Under the pieces are notes generated by a model. It worked only from the letters and a program-made list of their open reading frames with translations, did not search any database and was not told where the DNA came from. Both the position numbers and the translations under genes were made by a program. This document shows positions 52,566 to 55,121 of a DNA stretch of 55,121 nucleotides, in pieces; within the stretch, counting starts at the first letter, position 1, and the number at the start of each line of letters is the position of its first letter. Origin of the DNA: a virus (Duplodnaviria; Caudoviricetes); the IMG/VR virus record IMGVR_UViG_3300025305_000023, positions 1 through 55,121 of that record. One strand, given 5' to 3'.

Positions 52566-54818
52566 ATGATGAAACAGGGATCTCCAATCGTCCGAACCGC
52601 TTCCAAAGATATCCTTGCACGCCTGCTCGCGTCTGAGGATCTCATTGTACAGCACCATGCTTCTGCTGAGACTGCATCTTTCAATACACATTCCCGTATA
52701 TTGACCCTCCCCGTATGGCAAAACATGGATAACGCCATGTATGACATGCTCGTAGGACATGAAGTCTCTCACGCGCTGCATACACCCGCTGACGGGTGGC
52801 AAGAATTCATCGGTGAAAACGAAGACGTACAAGAACGCCAAATGATTCTCAACGTCTGCGAAGATGTGCGCATTGAGCGATTGATTAAGAAAAAGTTCCC
52901 CGGCCTTCGGCGGGACTTCTCGCATGCGTATAAATCCCTGCATGATCGGGACATCTTCCAACTCCAGGGCAAATCAATTGTCGAAATGCACCTCGTTGAC
53001 CGCATCAACCTGTACTACAAGGGTGAGATCTATGGTCAAGCGACTATTCCGTTCTCCACCGAAGAACGTCAATGGATCACGCGGTTGGATGCAGCAGACA
53101 CTTTTGAAGAAATCATTGCAATTGCTGAAGATCTTACTGAAAAGGTTAAGCAAGAGCAAAAAGAAAATGACGAAAACTGCCCTCAAGCGGATGCTGGCAA
53201 GGGCGAGGGCGAAGGTGAAGATGGTGCTGCGGGTGTTGCTGGTGACAGCGATGAGGGCAGCGAAGACCAATCCGAATCCGGTTCCGGATCCAAATCTAAT
53301 AACGACCAGGGCGAAGATTCTGGCCAGAGCATGACAGACGACACTGATGACGGCAAATCTGCTGAATCACAGGACGGCGATATTGATAGTGATGGAAACA
53401 GTGCTGGCGATTTGAGTTACGACTCTTATTCCAACGATGTTAACGCTTTTGGATCATCACAACGGAATTATGAAAATGCCGTTAGCGATATGCGAGACAA
53501 CCACGGTCAGGAACAACTTTATTACACCGTTCCTGCAATAGACCTTGATAACGTTATCGTCGGATATGAGCAGATCTTCAATGAGTGGGCCCGCCACGAT
53601 GAGATCTACTTAAAAGATTCTGACGCCAAAGAGCAAATCCAAAATACTGAGAAGGAACTACGATCCTTCGTTTCGCGCACTAAGCCTATCGTGAACCACA
53701 TGGTACAACAGTTCCAGCAGAAGCAAGCAGCGGATGCTGAGAAGCGAACGCACATTGCCAAGACCGGCATTCTTGATCCCATCCGGATGATTGACTACCG
53801 CTGGTCCGAAGACATCTTCCTCAAGAACGAAGTCCATGCCGATGGCAAGAGCCATGGTATGATTATGTACATTGATTGGTCCGGTTCAATGTCTGAAATC
53901 CTCAAGGATACCATTGAGCAATTGCTGGTGCTGGTTGAGTTTTGCCGACAGGCAGGAATCCCCTACGAAGTCTATGCCTTCTCTAGCAATCGCTACTTTG
54001 ACGTTTCCCACCTAAATGCTCATGATAACGGTTATCATGACAAAATTGAAAAGATACGCAATGATAATCCTCAGTGGAAGATGGATCGGGAATCTGATTT
54101 TAAACCCCATGATTTCACTCTCTTCAACTTCCTGAGCAGCAAGATGAATGCCCGTACTCATACGTTGGCATCATCTTACCTCTACCGCCTGGGAGTGCTT
54201 GTGAATTCATACCGCGGCACTCCCCGTGCTTTCCAACTCGGTGGCACCCCGCTCAATGAAGCAGTGATCTCCGCCATGGATGTTGTCCCTTGCTTCCAGA
54301 GAAATAACAATGTCCAGATCGCCAATGTGGTCTTCTTGACTGACGGGGATGCTCACAACAGCATCGGGCACTATCAGAACCGTAGGGAAGCAAATGTGCG
54401 CGACTCCAAGACCCACAGGACTTACAAACTCGGTGACCGTGAGACAGATCTGTTTGTTGAAATGCTCAAGGATCGCTGCGATGCGACCTTGATCGCCATC
54501 CGACTCCATGATAGAAGGAGTCTCAAGAATCTGCGATATCGCTACTGGAACTTGAACGATTGGACCGCATCAAACGCGGCGTTTGAGGCTGCAAACACAG
54601 AATATCGTAAAAATAATTTCTGCATTATCACCGATACCCCCTACGATGATGAGATCATCGTGATGGGTAACCTTAAGGTGGAGACTGATGCTCTTGAGGA
54701 TCTCCCCGAAGACGCATCCAATACCCGCATCAGGAACGCCTTCATGAAGGGTGGCAACAAGAAGAAGAGCAGTCGCGTGATTGCCACCCGACTGGTGGAC
54801 TATATTGCAGTCACCTGA
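52566..54818 (+). CDS. CobT-like protein: HExxH metallopeptidase-like N-terminus, acidic linker, vWA domain
   Basis: 'LVGHEVSHALHTP', 'NVCEDVRIE', 'IDWSGSM', 'GGTPLNEA', 'FLTDGD'. Confidence 0.9.
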   Translation: MMKQGSPIVRTASKDILARLLASEDLIVQHHASAETASFNTHSRILTLPVWQNMDNAMYDMLVGHEVSHALHTPADGWQEFIGENEDVQERQMILNVCEDVRIERLIKKKFPGLRRDFSHAYKSLHDRDIFQLQGKSIVEMHLVDRINLYYKGEIYGQATIPFSTEERQWITRLDAADTFEEIIAIAEDLTEKVKQEQKENDENCPQADAGKGEGEGEDGAAGVAGDSDEGSEDQSESGSGSKSNNDQGEDSGQSMTDDTDDGKSAESQDGDIDSDGNSAGDLSYDSYSNDVNAFGSSQRNYENAVSDMRDNHGQEQLYYTVPAIDLDNVIVGYEQIFNEWARHDEIYLKDSDAKEQIQNTEKELRSFVSRTKPIVNHMVQQFQQKQAADAEKRTHIAKTGILDPIRMIDYRWSEDIFLKNEVHADGKSHGMIMYIDWSGSMSEILKDTIEQLLVLVEFCRQAGIPYEVYAFSSNRYFDVSHLNAHDNGYHDKIEKIRNDNPQWKMDRESDFKPHDFTLFNFLSSKMNARTHTLASSYLYRLGVLVNSYRGTPRAFQLGGTPLNEAVISAMDVVPCFQRNNNVQIANVVFLTDGDAHNSIGHYQNRREANVRDSKTHRTYKLGDRETDLFVEMLKDRCDATLIAIRLHDRRSLKNLRYRYWNLNDWTASNAAFEAANTEYRKNNFCIITDTPYDDEIIVMGNLKVETDALEDLPEDASNTRIRNAFMKGGNKKKSSRVIATRLVDYIAVT

Positions 54819-54859
54819 TTAGACACATCCCTGCGGTGCATGATGCACCGTTTCATCAT

Positions 54860-54889
54860 GCAGCACCCTGACTTTGGTTGGGGTGCTGT
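54860..54889 (+). terminator. Intrinsic terminator
   Basis: gcagcaccctgac-tttg-gttggggtgctgt followed by an AT-rich tract. Confidence 0.65.
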
Positions 54890-55121
54890 TATAATTATTA
54901 ATTATATTTAATTCTTCGGGTTTCTGGATGACCAGACTGGGGCCACCCGGGGGCCCGGGTGGCTTAGTAATAATGCAAGAATGTGCGTTTATGAGTTATA
55001 ATCATAGGTTGCCCCTAGGCCGAGGTTGAGAGCCCTGAGATCTCGGTGACCCTGGGTGAATCTTAGAGATCTGCAAGTCTCTCCGCGTATCAGTGCGGGC
55101 AGTGATCCCCCATTCTCCCCG

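Noticed and set aside
54935-55121. GC-rich hairpin (gccacccggg/ccgggtggc) and low-complexity tail as an origin or ncRNA
   Set aside because: Truncated by the window end, with no further support.

Overview
55 kb of a T4-like (myovirus) phage genome, probably from an aquatic sample. Cys-rich 'GACC' repeats and the IscA and ferredoxin types tentatively point to a Planctomycetota (Phycisphaerae-like) host; this is inference. Positions 1-32.4 kb are an AT-rich virion module: giant Cys-rich/FG-GAP and Lcl-type fibres, gp8/gp7/gp6/gp25, a gp27-like hub apparently split around a vWA gene, gp53, gp48, gp4, gp54 and gp26/gp51 joined by a U-UUU-UUA -1 slippery site. It also holds a tape-measure-like gene, gp32 and gp33. 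Positions 32.5-55 kb are accessory/early genes: 5 tRNAs (including Ile-UAU), a SET protein, a tandem array of paralogues with an 'AR-xx-W-xx-L-xxx-G[WY]' motif, a putative restriction-modification pair and a boxA-led ncRNA cluster (manA-like RNA plus two unassigned structured RNAs). Also here are a tubulin/FtsZ-family GTPase, IscA, ferredoxin, GuaC, internal-head-like proteins with capsid-targeting N-termini, an i-type lysozyme and a divergent CobS-like AAA / CobT-like vWA pair. All family calls are by eye from motifs; no searches were run.
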